Assembly (NCBI GenBank): GCA_045401115.1
Contig: CP174359.1
Location: 291,247 to 355,246 of the forward strand
From: Candidatus Phycocordibacter aenigmaticus
Lineage (GTDB): Bacteria > Patescibacteriota > Minisyncoccia > Phycocordibacterales > Phycocordibacteraceae
DNA: 64,000 nucleotides
Direction of reading: 5' to 3'
Of the stretch, positions 1-10,435 are shown piece after piece; positions within the stretch are counted from its first letter, which is position 1, and each line of letters opens with the position of its first letter. Under the pieces are notes generated by a model. The model ran no database searches. It was not told the origin of the DNA and was given only the letters and a program-made list of their open reading frames with translations. The position numbers were made by a program, and so were the translations under genes.

Positions 1-258
1 GAGTAGCCCGCAACACATGTTATTCCCCGATACGAGAGTATCGGGGTTTCTACATGTGTCGGAGGCGTGGGATTCGAAAGACGGAGGCGGTATACAAGAC
101 GAGCGGAGCGAGTGCTTGTCGCCGAGTCCGGGCAGGAGCCACACACTAGAATTGGAGCGGAGCGAACAATTATAGTGCTGTGAGCTGACGCCGAATCCCT
201 CACTCTCCGCATCTAACAGCTATCACGAGACATTGTTGTTTCGTGATAGCTTTATTAT
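1..258. other. GC-rich, hairpin-dense non-coding segment (9-bp GC stem with GAGA loop at 25-46 followed by TTTC; long-range complementary arms about 61-76 and 196-212; 11-bp stem hairpin 222-251 just before the ORF at 259). Possible structured RNA, leader or riboswitch-like element; identity unknown
   Basis: No ORF of 60 aa or more in the track. The composition is visibly more GC-rich than its surroundings. The listed inverted repeats were read directly from the sequence. Confidence 0.3.
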
Positions 259-792
259 GTGAGAAATTTTCTAAGAAGATTTATTGGGTGGATTGATAAA
301 ATCATCATCTACCATTACCTAAGTAGTATTTTGGTAAAACTTAGTGAAATAGAAATTTGGATTTTTTCACCGCTCTGCCAAGATATATTTACTGGAGGTA
401 GTGCAGACATGCAGGATGATTTTAATAGAGGTTTATCTAGAGCACCTTGGGGTTTAAAAATAAAGTATTTGAGAGGTGAAAATCTAGACTCTGTTAAGCA
501 TTCAGATGAAAGCTTACAAAGATTAGATGCTGTCAGGCAATTCAATGAATTTGAGGTGCTATTTTCTATGCTTGAAGAGGTGCTGGAAGAAAGAAACCCA
601 TTTATTCATGGAAAATATTTTATGGGATATGGTAATGCAAATGGTATGCGCCTGACTTTTAAAAGTTCGTATCTAAGAGGTAACGGAGTGTGTGAAAATA
701 TTCAGCTTACCCCTAAGACAATAAGAGAACGATATTTAAATTTGAATGAAAATTACAAAGAAATGTTACGACTTTATTTAAGTATTACCTAA
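259..792 (+). CDS. hypothetical protein, AT-rich orphan ORF (177 aa)
   Basis: Intact ORF in the track. Its composition is markedly more AT-rich than neighbouring genes. I recognise no family. Confidence 0.4.
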   Translation: MRNFLRRFIGWIDKIIIYHYLSSILVKLSEIEIWIFSPLCQDIFTGGSADMQDDFNRGLSRAPWGLKIKYLRGENLDSVKHSDESLQRLDAVRQFNEFEVLFSMLEEVLEERNPFIHGKYFMGYGNANGMRLTFKSSYLRGNGVCENIQLTPKTIRERYLNLNENYKEMLRLYLSIT

Positions 793-938
793 CAGTGTTT
801 AATAGTACAAGAGAACCATCAGTTCCACCCTGAGATAGCCTGCACAAAACTCTATTGCGCAACACAATCAGTCTGCTAGTCTTAGAGAATATATAACAAA
901 AATAAACAGCACTTTAATCAAGTTGCACACATCAATAT

Positions 939-1610
939 ATGCAAAAAATAATATTTATTATTATCGGGGTAATCATAATCGCAGCGGGAGTGTGGTACTT
1001 CATGTCTTCGGACACGCCCAACATAACTAATCAGGAAGATGCAGGAAGCACAGTCGCTACCGTAAACGGAGAGGAGATATCGCGTGGTGAGTTTGAAGAA
1101 TTTAAAACACAGATAGCAGCGCAGCAAGGAATTGATTTCGCTTCATTAGATGCGGACACACGCGCTCAGTTTGAACAGCAAATTCTCAACGAACTCGTCA
1201 ACCAAACACTATTGCAACAAATTGTTGCGGAAGCAGAGGTTACAGCGTCATCAGATGACGTTGATGCGCAGATCACCGCGATTATAACCCAGGTAGGTGG
1301 CGAAGAGGCGTTTAGAGAGGCGCTCGCTGATCAAGAATTATCAGAAGAAGAATTCCGTACACAAATTAGTGGTGACCTTGCAGTTCAGGCGTACTTTGAA
1401 GAACAATTAAACCTTTCTACTTTCACCGCAACCGATGCAGAGATTGAGGAAACGTATACTCAGGTAGCTGCTCAGAACGAAGACCTCCCACCACTTGATG
1501 AGGTACGTGACCAGGTTGAACAAGCAGTCATTCAACAAAAACAACAAGCGGCACTTGCTGAATTTGTAGCAGAGTTACGTCAAGAAGCAGACGTAGAAAT
1601 CTTGTTATAA
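939..1610 (+). CDS. SurA N-terminal-domain-like periplasmic chaperone protein (N-terminal TM anchor, acidic and Q-rich)
   Basis: N-terminal hydrophobic helix, then an NGEEISRGEF...ELVNQTLLQQ segment typical of the SurA/PpiD N-terminal chaperone domain. No PPIase domain is present. Confidence 0.45.
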   Translation: MQKIIFIIIGVIIIAAGVWYFMSSDTPNITNQEDAGSTVATVNGEEISRGEFEEFKTQIAAQQGIDFASLDADTRAQFEQQILNELVNQTLLQQIVAEAEVTASSDDVDAQITAIITQVGGEEAFREALADQELSEEEFRTQISGDLAVQAYFEEQLNLSTFTATDAEIEETYTQVAAQNEDLPPLDEVRDQVEQAVIQQKQQAALAEFVAELRQEADVEILL

Positions 1611-1685
1611 AAAGAAGCATATTTTTTAAAAAAGCAGCGACCGAAAGCGGTACGCTGCTTTTTTAAATTAAAGAGAGTAGGGGAT

Positions 1686-2339
1686 CTACTGCGCCAGCGC
1701 GATACCGGCGACGTGGCGTACTCCCGCAGCTTTGAGTGCACGCATCGCGTCTTTCATGGTGGCGCCACTTTCAATCACGTCATCAATAAGGAGTACTGAA
1801 GCACCAGTGAGTTCTCCACTGCGCGCGATAGGGTTCGGTACGTAAAAACTATTTTTGATATTTTCTTTTCTTTCACGGCGTGTAAGCCAGGACTGACTTT
1901 CGCGATTGTCGCGTTTTAATATATCTGGTCGGTACGAACACTCCGCAAGAACATCAGGTGGTAGTGCCTGCATAATGTGAACCACTTGGTTATACCCACG
2001 CTCACGTTTGCGTTTTGGCGCGGCAGGTAGGGGAGTAATAATCGGATGATTCCACTGAAGGGTGAGTGCGTTCTCTTCAAAGAATATAAATAACGCTTCT
2101 TCAAGTACGGCGCCGAGTATAGTGGATGCGTGTATGCTCCCATAAAATTTATTTGCTCGGATAACCGCTTGAACACGTGCATCGTGGTAAGGAAGGCAGG
2201 TAAATGTAGTTTTCCCGACGGCTGTACGGTATTGCATCAGGTCAAGTAGTTGCGCGCGACTTACCTCATGGGCTTTTGCGACATCCGGATGAGGTGGAAA
2301 AATCAAGTTGAGAATACTATTTAAGAATTGCTTCCGCAT
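1686..2339 (-). CDS. comFC: ComF family competence protein (phosphoribosyltransferase domain)
   Basis: C-terminal PRTase motif VLLIDDVIESGATMKDAMRALKAAG, matching the ComFC/amidophosphoribosyltransferase-like family. It sits beside the pilus locus. Confidence 0.75.
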   Translation of the reverse strand: MRKQFLNSILNLIFPPHPDVAKAHEVSRAQLLDLMQYRTAVGKTTFTCLPYHDARVQAVIRANKFYGSIHASTILGAVLEEALFIFFEENALTLQWNHPIITPLPAAPKRKRERGYNQVVHIMQALPPDVLAECSYRPDILKRDNRESQSWLTRRERKENIKNSFYVPNPIARSGELTGASVLLIDDVIESGATMKDAMRALKAAGVRHVAGIALAQ

Positions 2340-2363
2340 GATATTCTAATAGTATTCTATATT

Positions 2364-3469
2364 ATGGCATCACCTCTGTCTGGCGCATCTCAAGCGCTCC
2401 AAAATTTTTTCCGCGATTTTCGTAAACAAGACGGCGAAAGTGTTATTGGTGTTGATATTGGCACCTCGAGTATTAAGATTGTGCAGCTTGCCGAAAAAAA
2501 GGCGCCGCTGTGCTTGAAACCTATGGCGAGATTGCTGTCGGTCCCTATGCAGAAGGTGAGGTAGGACAGTCGGTAAATCCACCGGCTGCCAAAGTAGCTG
2601 AAGCGCTTGTTGACCTTATGAGGGAAGCAAATGTTACATCAAAAGTGGGTGGTTTTTCAGTACCCCTGTCAGCGAGCCTTATTTCACTCATCTCACTACC
2701 AACTAAGAAAACCGCTGATTTGGCGGCAATGATTCCTATCGAAGCGCGGAAATATATTCCTGTGCCTATTAGTGAAGTAACACTCGACTGGTTTGTTATT
2801 CCCGAAGAGGAGGCAGAATTTCTCGGTGGCGCCAATCGTGAAAAGAATAAAAACAATACAGACGTGCTTTTAGTTGCTATTCATAACGCGACACTTAATC
2901 GGCTTAGTGCAGTCACTGAGGGAGCGTCAATCGCGCCACGTTTTTATGAAATCGAACCGTTCAGCATATCGCGCAGTGCATATGAACATGACACCGCACC
3001 AACAATGATAATTGACCTCGGCGCATCCGGTACCCGAGTCTATATTATTGAATTTGGCATCGTTGATGTGTCACACACCATTAACCGGGGAGGGCAGGAT
3101 ATTACACTTGCGCTTTCAAAGTCACAAGGACTTTCGTTTGCTGAAGCAGAGAAACTAAAACGTTCCGAAGGTCTTGAGGGAAGTGAGACAGGGAAAACCA
3201 GTATGCATTATATTTTTTCAGAAGCACGTCGTATTTTTCTTTCCTATCAACGCAAAGAAGGAAAAGCTATCTCTGGTGTTGTGTTAACTGGTGGTGGCGC
3301 ACAAATGAAAGGAATAGATGCTATTGCCGCTGAATATTTTGATGCGCCGATTAGTTTTGCTACTGCTTTTGATCGTGTAGCGGCACCCGCTTTTATTGGT
3401 GATGTATTACGCAGCGCCGGACCATCGTTTGCGTCAGCAGTCGGTCTTGCACTTCGCGCGATTAAATAA
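2364..3469 (+). CDS. pilM: type IV pilus assembly protein PilM, reading frame interrupted by a -1 shift in an A7 homopolymer (about 2494-2500)
   Basis: Track ORF 2328-2564 (VIGVDIGTSSIKIVQLAEKK, the PilM N-terminus) continues in ORF 2510-3469 in another frame (GAAVLETYGEIAVGPY... actin-like fold). The junction lies in the aaaaaaa run. Confidence 0.75.
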
Positions 3470-3566
3470 AATAAAAACGTATGACGCACACGTTTCGTGC
3501 CATGCATATTCAATTCACATGTTCACATAACAGAGTGCATGCAAGGGGGTTGCTGCATGCTATGCT

Positions 3567-4286
3567 TTGAGTATGCCTGAACGTGTGACCACGTCATTTA
3601 TACCGAAAGCGTCTCTTAAAACAGAGAAGCGTCGGCCACGAAGCCAATCATCATTGGGTATTATCAATGTGATTGCGAGTATTATCTTACTCGCTGCAAT
3701 TATTGCAGCAGGAGGTGTTTTTCTTTTTGAACAATACACCACACAAAACATCGCGCGCAAAGGAGAGTCACTGGACCGAGCGCGTGCTGCTTTTGAGCCT
3801 GCAACTATTAAAGAATTGTCACGTTTGGATACGCGCTTAGGTGCGGCAACTGCACTTCTTGATGGACATATTGCTCCGTCACGTTTGTTCAATGAAATTG
3901 AACGTGAGACATTAAACACCGTCCGATTTAATGATTTTACTATGGCAGAAAGTGGTCCTGGTCGGCTCATGATCACAATGGCAGGGGAGGCTGCAAGTTT
4001 CAACGCTCTTGCACTGCAATCTGATACGTTTGGCGCAAGTCCATTTTTTTCTGAACCTCTCTTTTCTGACTTTAATATCGATGAGCGTGGTAATGTAGTG
4101 TTTTCTTTCTCTGCGGTAGTTAACCTCGGAGAAATTGCGTACCAAGCAAATCGGTCACCGTCTTCTCAACCGTTAGATACCGCTCCGGAAAGCGCAGAAG
4201 TAAATACTGAATTAGAAACACTTCCTGGCGATGCTTCTGGTGGGGCACCAGACTCCGGTACGATTAATCAAGAACCAACACTATGA
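3567..4286 (+). CDS. pilN: type IV pilus assembly protein PilN
   Basis: Single N-terminal TM segment plus a periplasmic domain. Position between pilM and pilO fits the PilN family. Confidence 0.65.
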   Translation: MSMPERVTTSFIPKASLKTEKRRPRSQSSLGIINVIASIILLAAIIAAGGVFLFEQYTTQNIARKGESLDRARAAFEPATIKELSRLDTRLGAATALLDGHIAPSRLFNEIERETLNTVRFNDFTMAESGPGRLMITMAGEAASFNALALQSDTFGASPFFSEPLFSDFNIDERGNVVFSFSAVVNLGEIAYQANRSPSSQPLDTAPESAEVNTELETLPGDASGGAPDSGTINQEPTL

Positions 4287-4825
4287 GGTCATTACTCCCT
4301 GTTTTCTTTGTTCTAATAGCACTCGGTATCTTTTTCGGGTTTATTGACCCGGCGTATGATCGTATTAAAGAGTTACGTGTTGAAGAAGGTCGATTCAATG
4401 ATGCGTTGGATCGTTCAAAAGAACTACAACAAGCCCGCGATCAATTGTTGTCACAGTACAATACATTTTCACAAACGAATTTAACGCGGCTTGAGAAAAT
4501 GTTGCCGGACAATGTTGATAACGTACGACTCATCCTTGATTTCGATTCGATCGCTGCTCGTTACGGTATGCGTCTGCGCAATATTGCATTGGACACCAGC
4601 GATGATCGCGCGGCGCGCGGGCAAGTGGGGTTGAACGGCGACGACTATGAATCAATAGTGCTATCGTTTGCGGTCACAGGAGACTATAATTCATTCCGTT
4701 CCTTTTTGGAGGATCTTGAACAGAGTCTTCGTCTAGTAGATATTTCTGCTATTTCGTTCTCTGCTGACGAATCCGGAGTGTATGATTATTCAGTTTCAAT
4801 TAAAACCTATTGGCTAAAACCATGA
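4283..4825 (+). CDS. pilO: type IV pilus assembly protein PilO
   Basis: N-terminal TM segment and a coiled-coil region. The start overlaps the pilN stop. Position is canonical. Confidence 0.65.
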   Translation: MRSLLPVFFVLIALGIFFGFIDPAYDRIKELRVEEGRFNDALDRSKELQQARDQLLSQYNTFSQTNLTRLEKMLPDNVDNVRLILDFDSIAARYGMRLRNIALDTSDDRAARGQVGLNGDDYESIVLSFAVTGDYNSFRSFLEDLEQSLRLVDISAISFSADESGVYDYSVSIKTYWLKP

Positions 4826-5130
4826 GTGATTTTCTAAAACAATATCAAAATATTTTCATTATCGTGGCGCTTATCGTCATTGCGTTTATTGGCTACACAT
4901 TCTTTTTTGCTGGGGAAGATAATGATGCATCGCTCACAGTAGAACAAGCAGAAGAGGCGCCTACAGAAGTGGGTCAAGAGCTCATTGGTTTATTGCTTGA
5001 ACTTCGCTCTATTCAACTTGATACGTCACTTTTTTCAGATGAACGTTTCCAAAGCCTTCAAGATTTTGGTCAACAAATTATTTCTGAACCGGTTGGTCGT
5101 CCAAATCCGTTTGCACCACTCGGACAGTAA
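4810..5130 (+). CDS. small membrane-anchored protein in the pilus operon (PilP-like position)
   Basis: One TM helix followed by an acidic region. It overlaps the pilO end. The PilP assignment is by position only. Confidence 0.35.
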   Translation: MAKTMSDFLKQYQNIFIIVALIVIAFIGYTFFFAGEDNDASLTVEQAEEAPTEVGQELIGLLLELRSIQLDTSLFSDERFQSLQDFGQQIISEPVGRPNPFAPLGQ

Positions 5131-5158
5131 CAATTTTCAACTGAAATATATATCACAT

Positions 5159-5184
5159 AAACGGCTCACATAAGTGAGCCGTTT
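5159..5184 (+). terminator. rho-independent terminator hairpin AAACGGCTCA-N6-TGAGCCGTTT (member of a 3-copy hairpin family)
   Basis: Perfect 10-bp stem flanked by A-rich and T-rich sequence, read from the sequence. Confidence 0.6.
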
Positions 5185-5285
5185 AACAAAAAAGAATAGT
5201 CTATAAAAGTATTGTTATTTATACTCAATAATTTTTCTTTTCACACGGTATATAGAAAATTGTAGGTTACCATAAAGGAAGCGCG

Positions 5286-7055
5286 GTGCGCACTCGCATT
5301 TCTATGGAAGTACTCAATGTATTAAAAGAAAAAGGAATTATTGATGATGCTACTATTGCATCAATTCAAGAAGAAATAGATCGTGGCGGTAAGACTGTTG
5401 AGGCAGCATTATTGGAGCGTGGTGTTTCTTCTGGTGATTTACTTGAAGCGCAAGGAGACTATTATCAGGTACCCACACGCCGGCTAGGCCCTAACGAGAC
5501 CGTACCGTTTGAAGTACTTAACCATGTCCCTGAAGAGTCAGCAAAACATTATCACTTTGTGCCGTTAGGTGTGGTTGATGGTGTACTTGAAGTGGGGACG
5601 ACTGATCCGGACAATCTTGAAGCGATTGAGGCACTTAATTTTATTACCGGACGCACGAATATCCCTTATAAATTATTTTTAATCTCAGAAGAAGATTTTG
5701 CTCGTGTTATTGAGATGTATAAAGGGCTGACTGGTGAAGTAGGACAGGCATTAACAGAGTTGCAAACTACTATTTCACTCGATGACCAAGAAACTGGCGC
5801 TGCTGAAACAAATATTAAAGAGAAGAGTAATTCAACAGAGCCGGGTTTGATTAAAGAAGATGCTCCGGTTACTAAAATTGTGGCAACGGTACTCCGTTAT
5901 GCTGTTGACGGTAAAGCTTCCGATATTCATATAGAACCCACTCAAGACGGGTTACAAGTGCGTTTCCGTGTGGACGGAGTTATGCACACTTCGTTGAAGT
6001 TACCAAAAAAAGTTGAACGGGCAGTTGTGGCGCGTATTAAAGTGTTAGCGACGCTGAAACTTGACGAGCGCCGTAAACCGCAAGACGGCCGATTCTCAGC
6101 AACCGTTGATGAACGAGTAATTGATTTCCGTGTCTCTACATTTCCGACATACCATGGTGAAAAAGTGGTAATGCGTATTTTAGATAGAAGCCAAGAAAAC
6201 CTGACACTTGAAGCACTCGGTCTTTCACCGCAGAATATCAATACCTTACGCCAAGCACTACGTCGTCCATACGGCATCATCATCATTTCCGGTCCTACCG
6301 GATCTGGTAAGTCAACAACGCTGTACGGAATGTTGCAGGAAATTGACCGCGAAAAAAAGAATGTAGTTTCACTGGAAGACCCAGTTGAATATGACGTACA
6401 AGGTGTTGCGCAGTCTCAGGTGCGACCGGAAATCGGGTATACGTTTGCTAACGGTCTACGCTCTATTTTGCGTCAAGACCCGGACATTATCATGGTCGGT
6501 GAGATACGCGACAGGGAAACCGCACAGCTTGCTATTCAGGCGGCGCTCACTGGTCACTTAGTATTCACCACACTCCATACCAATAACGCTATCGGCGTGG
6601 TTCCTCGTCTTGTGGATATGGGTATCGACCCGTACCTTATCGCACCAACGCTTGCGCTTTCGGTTGCTCAGCGTTTGGTGCGCAAGCGTTGTGACGGAGC
6701 TGGTAAAAAGATGCCGTATGAAGGCGCGATAGAGCAGATGATCAAGAAAGAGTTTGAAGGAGTCCCTGAATCAATTATGAAACAAGTACCGCGCCCTGAC
6801 TCGGTGTACGGTATTGAGTCAACCCCCGATTGTCCAAACGGAACTCGTGGGCGTGTCGCTGTGTTCGAAATGCTCCCTACTTCTACAGAACTTGAAAAGG
6901 TTATTTTGGAAAATCCGACGGAAGATGCCATTTTTAATGTTGCCCGCACGCAAGGCATGTTAACTATGAAAGAGGATGCTATCATTAAAATGCTTGAAGG
7001 TACCGTACCGTTTGAGGAGGTGAACACACTTGGTACCGATATTATCGTTGAATAG
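5286..7055 (+). CDS. pilB: type IV pilus assembly ATPase PilB (GspE family)
   Basis: N-terminal T2SS-E N domain, Walker A GPTGSGKSTT, a His box and a tetracysteine-like C-terminal region. GTG start with AAAGGAAG six nt upstream. Confidence 0.9.
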   Translation: MRTRISMEVLNVLKEKGIIDDATIASIQEEIDRGGKTVEAALLERGVSSGDLLEAQGDYYQVPTRRLGPNETVPFEVLNHVPEESAKHYHFVPLGVVDGVLEVGTTDPDNLEAIEALNFITGRTNIPYKLFLISEEDFARVIEMYKGLTGEVGQALTELQTTISLDDQETGAAETNIKEKSNSTEPGLIKEDAPVTKIVATVLRYAVDGKASDIHIEPTQDGLQVRFRVDGVMHTSLKLPKKVERAVVARIKVLATLKLDERRKPQDGRFSATVDERVIDFRVSTFPTYHGEKVVMRILDRSQENLTLEALGLSPQNINTLRQALRRPYGIIIISGPTGSGKSTTLYGMLQEIDREKKNVVSLEDPVEYDVQGVAQSQVRPEIGYTFANGLRSILRQDPDIIMVGEIRDRETAQLAIQAALTGHLVFTTLHTNNAIGVVPRLVDMGIDPYLIAPTLALSVAQRLVRKRCDGAGKKMPYEGAIEQMIKKEFEGVPESIMKQVPRPDSVYGIESTPDCPNGTRGRVAVFEMLPTSTELEKVILENPTEDAIFNVARTQGMLTMKEDAIIKMLEGTVPFEEVNTLGTDIIVE

Positions 7056-7058
7056 ACT

Positions 7059-7463
7059 ATGACAGAAAACTCAAAAAATAACGGCACTATTTTTCTCGTT
7101 GACGACGATAGATTTTTACTCGACATATACTCAGTCAAGTTTAAGGAGTCGGGTTTTTCGGTCATTGCCAATGTTGACCCACAGGACGCGTTAAAGAAAT
7201 TACGCGAAGGCACAAAGCCGGATATTATATTACTTGACGTTATTATGCCGAACATGACCGGTTTTGAGTTGTTAGAGACCGCCCGAAATGAAAAATTAAT
7301 CGAAGACGCGACGGTAATTATTCTTTCAAACCAAGGTCATGACGATGATATACAAAAGGCAAACGAACTTGGTGCCGATGGGTACATCATCAAGGCGAGT
7401 GCCATACCTTCAGAGGTACTCACTAAAACACTCGAGTTCGTCAACCAAAAGAAAAGTGGGTAG
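7059..7463 (+). CDS. CheY-like response regulator receiver domain protein (PilH/PilG-like, no output domain)
   Basis: Receiver motifs (LVDDD, DxxxLDVxMP, K near the C-terminus). It lies between pilB and pilT. Confidence 0.8.
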   Translation: MTENSKNNGTIFLVDDDRFLLDIYSVKFKESGFSVIANVDPQDALKKLREGTKPDIILLDVIMPNMTGFELLETARNEKLIEDATVIILSNQGHDDDIQKANELGADGYIIKASAIPSEVLTKTLEFVNQKKSG

Positions 7464-7490
7464 TGTCGGTAACTTATTCACTACCCACTA
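7448..7490 (+). terminator. hairpin (GTGGGTAGTG...CACTACCCAC) after the response regulator gene
   Basis: Inverted repeat read from the sequence. Confidence 0.35.
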
Positions 7491-7528
7491 CTCGGTGGAT
7501 GTCTGGTAAGAGGGTATACTACATATAA

Positions 7529-8590
7529 ATGCAGTACGAACAAGAACTCACCACGCTTTTAGAAACAGTCATCACTGAAGGTGCTTCTGATTTACATCTC
7601 ACCGCAGATTCGCAGCCGATTATTCGTGTATCTGGTTCGTTACTTCCACTGGTAAAGCATGAAAAATATTCCGACGAAACAGTGCGAAAGTTTCTTGAGA
7701 TACTCGTTGAGCCAGAGAAAGCGCAAGCGTTTTATGACGAGCAAGAACTCGATTTTTCATATCAGTATAAAGATCAAGGTCGGTTCCGCGGTAACGCGTT
7801 TTTTGAACGAGGGAATATTTCTATCGCGCTGCGTCTCATCCCGCGCGAGGTAAAAACTTTCGATGAATTAAATTTACCGCCAGTGTTAGAAACATTTGCA
7901 CAACTTCAACAAGGTTTCTTTTTAGTGGTAGGTCCGGTTGGGCAGGGTAAGTCTACGACACTTGCCTCAATGATTGAATATATTAATCAAAATCGCACCG
8001 AACATATCGTCACTATTGAGAATCCGATTGAATATATTTACGAATCCAAACAGTCAATTATTAATCAACGTGAAGTGCGTATTGATACACAAAGTTTCCA
8101 TTCAGCCCTCAAATCAGCATTTCGTCAGGATATTGATGTGTTGATGGTCGGTGAGATGCGTGGCCCTGACACTATGGCGGCCGCGGTGACCGCTGCTGAA
8201 ACTGGCCATCTTGTACTCTCTACATTACATACCAATAATGCAGCACAAACCATTGACCGTATTATTGACTCTTTCCCAGCAGGACAACAAGATCAAATCC
8301 GCCTGCAGCTTGCATCCAGTCTTGCAGGTATATTTTCACAGCGTTTAGTCCCACGCATTTCCGGTGGTTTAATACCTGCGTATGAATTACTTATCAACAA
8401 TGAAGCGGTATCCAATTTGATCCGCGAGCGACGTACTCATGAAATTAATGCGGTAATCGAAACCGGACTTGAGTCCGGTATGGTTGATATGAACCGCTCT
8501 CTTGCCGACTTAGTACGCCGCGGGGAAGTGACACAAGAAAATGCCCGTTCACGCGCGCTTGATCCAAAAGCGTTCTCTCGATTAATGTAA
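7529..8590 (+). CDS. pilT: twitching motility ATPase PilT
   Basis: Walker A GPVGQGKSTT, a PilT-type Asp box and His box, about 350 aa. Confidence 0.9.
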   Translation: MQYEQELTTLLETVITEGASDLHLTADSQPIIRVSGSLLPLVKHEKYSDETVRKFLEILVEPEKAQAFYDEQELDFSYQYKDQGRFRGNAFFERGNISIALRLIPREVKTFDELNLPPVLETFAQLQQGFFLVVGPVGQGKSTTLASMIEYINQNRTEHIVTIENPIEYIYESKQSIINQREVRIDTQSFHSALKSAFRQDIDVLMVGEMRGPDTMAAAVTAAETGHLVLSTLHTNNAAQTIDRIIDSFPAGQQDQIRLQLASSLAGIFSQRLVPRISGGLIPAYELLINNEAVSNLIRERRTHEINAVIETGLESGMVDMNRSLADLVRRGEVTQENARSRALDPKAFSRLM

Positions 8591-8595
8591 CGCAT

Positions 8596-9798
8596 ATGAT
8601 TTTTGAATATAAAGCAGTTGATCAAAGTGGGGCAGAGCAAACAGGAACTATTGATGCGGTATCGCGCGAAGTCGCAATTAGCTCACTCCAGCGTCGTGGT
8701 CTTTCGATAACTTCAATAGAAGAAAAGAAGACTGAAGGGGGTGGTTTAAATATCACCTTGTTTGAAACAGTATCTATTAAGGATGTTGTATTGCTTTCAC
8801 GACAAATATCCACTCTATTTGAAGCTCAAGTTTCAGCACTTCGGGTGTTCCGCCTTCTTGCATCAGAGTCTGATAAACCTATTTTACAACGCACGCTCAC
8901 TGCGGTGGCTGACGACTTACAGGCAGGTACTCCTATCTCAAAAGCTTTAAGCAAGCATCCAAAGGTATTTGGCGATTTTTATGTAAACATGGTGAAAAGT
9001 GGTGAAGAATCTGGACGACTTGATGAAACATTTCTTTATCTTGCTGACTATCTTGATCGAAACTACGCTATTGTTTCAAAAGCACGTAATGCGTTAATTT
9101 ATCCGGCATTTGTTATCTCTACGTTTGTTATCGTGATGATTCTTATGATGACTATGGTCATCCCTCGTATCTCGACCATTCTTACTGATTCAGGGCAAGA
9201 AATTCCTGTATATACACAAGTGGTCATTGCACTTTCGAACTTCTTTGTTGACTACGGTATTCTTCTCTTGATTTTAGCGGTGGTCGGTGGTTTCTTTTTG
9301 GTTCGCTACGGTATTACCAAGGGAGGAAAGGCACAGTTCGATCGTCTACAAGTAAACACGCCATACATTGGTAATTTGTATCAAAAACTATATCTCTCAC
9401 GTATTGCTGATAACCTTGCAACTATGTTGGGAAGCGGTATCTCAGTGGTACAAGCAACAGAAGTGACCGCTTCGGTGGTAGGTAATTCTGTATATTCAGA
9501 AATTCTAAAAGATGTTACTACGTCAGTAAAAGGTGGGGGTTCAGTATCCGCCGCGCTTTCTCAGTATCGCGAGATACCGGGTATTATGACTGCCATGATT
9601 AAAGTGGGTGAGGAAACTGGTGAACTCGGAAATATCCTTAAAACCCTTGCTCGTTTCTATGAACGTGAGGTAAATAATGCCGTCGACACTTTGGTTGATT
9701 TAATTGAACCATTTATGATTGTGGTGCTCGGACTTGGTGTTGGTATTCTTCTTGCATCAGTATTGATTCCTATTTACAACATCTCCTCAGCTATCTAA
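8596..9798 (+). CDS. pilC: type IV pilus platform protein PilC (GspF family)
   Basis: Two GspF repeats with three or four TM helices, about 400 aa. Confidence 0.9.
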   Translation: MIFEYKAVDQSGAEQTGTIDAVSREVAISSLQRRGLSITSIEEKKTEGGGLNITLFETVSIKDVVLLSRQISTLFEAQVSALRVFRLLASESDKPILQRTLTAVADDLQAGTPISKALSKHPKVFGDFYVNMVKSGEESGRLDETFLYLADYLDRNYAIVSKARNALIYPAFVISTFVIVMILMMTMVIPRISTILTDSGQEIPVYTQVVIALSNFFVDYGILLLILAVVGGFFLVRYGITKGGKAQFDRLQVNTPYIGNLYQKLYLSRIADNLATMLGSGISVVQATEVTASVVGNSVYSEILKDVTTSVKGGGSVSAALSQYREIPGIMTAMIKVGEETGELGNILKTLARFYEREVNNAVDTLVDLIEPFMIVVLGLGVGILLASVLIPIYNISSAI

Positions 9799-9920
9799 CC
9801 GCGCAGAGTTTGTGGTGTGTTATCCACACCACACTGTACTCTTTATCTTAGTCTTAGCTACAATGAAAGGGACCACTTCAAACTTAGGTCTTTATTACTT
9901 ATTCAATAGATAGAAACATT

Positions 9921-10361
<441 letters not shown>

Positions 10362-10392
10362 CTCTTTCTTAAGAGAAACGCAGTACGCATAT

Positions 10393-10417
10393 AAAAACTC
10401 CCCTCAGGGGAGTTTTT
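10393..10417 (+). terminator. rho-independent terminator AAAAACTCCCCTCAGGGGAGTTTTT
   Basis: Perfect GC-rich stem followed by a T-run, read from the sequence. Confidence 0.7.
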
Positions 10418-10435
10418 ATATGCGATACTTGAGTA

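Noticed and set aside
25-46. Similarity of CCCCGAUACGAGAGUAUCGGGG to 5S rRNA helix IV (GCGAGAGUAGG) or the 23S sarcin-ricin loop (AGUACGAGAGGACC)
   Set aside because: Only a short core is shared. The surrounding sequence does not align to 5S or 23S, and the element forms a simple perfect hairpin, so coincidence or a terminator is more likely.
6668-7255. Antisense ORFs inside pilB (6668-7255, 5942-6286)
   Set aside because: They are fully embedded on the opposite strand of a strongly supported gene with no independent signals. Similar antisense ORFs occur inside pilN, ligA, the permease and others (3560-4003, 14629-15063, 35797-36492, 38762-39160).
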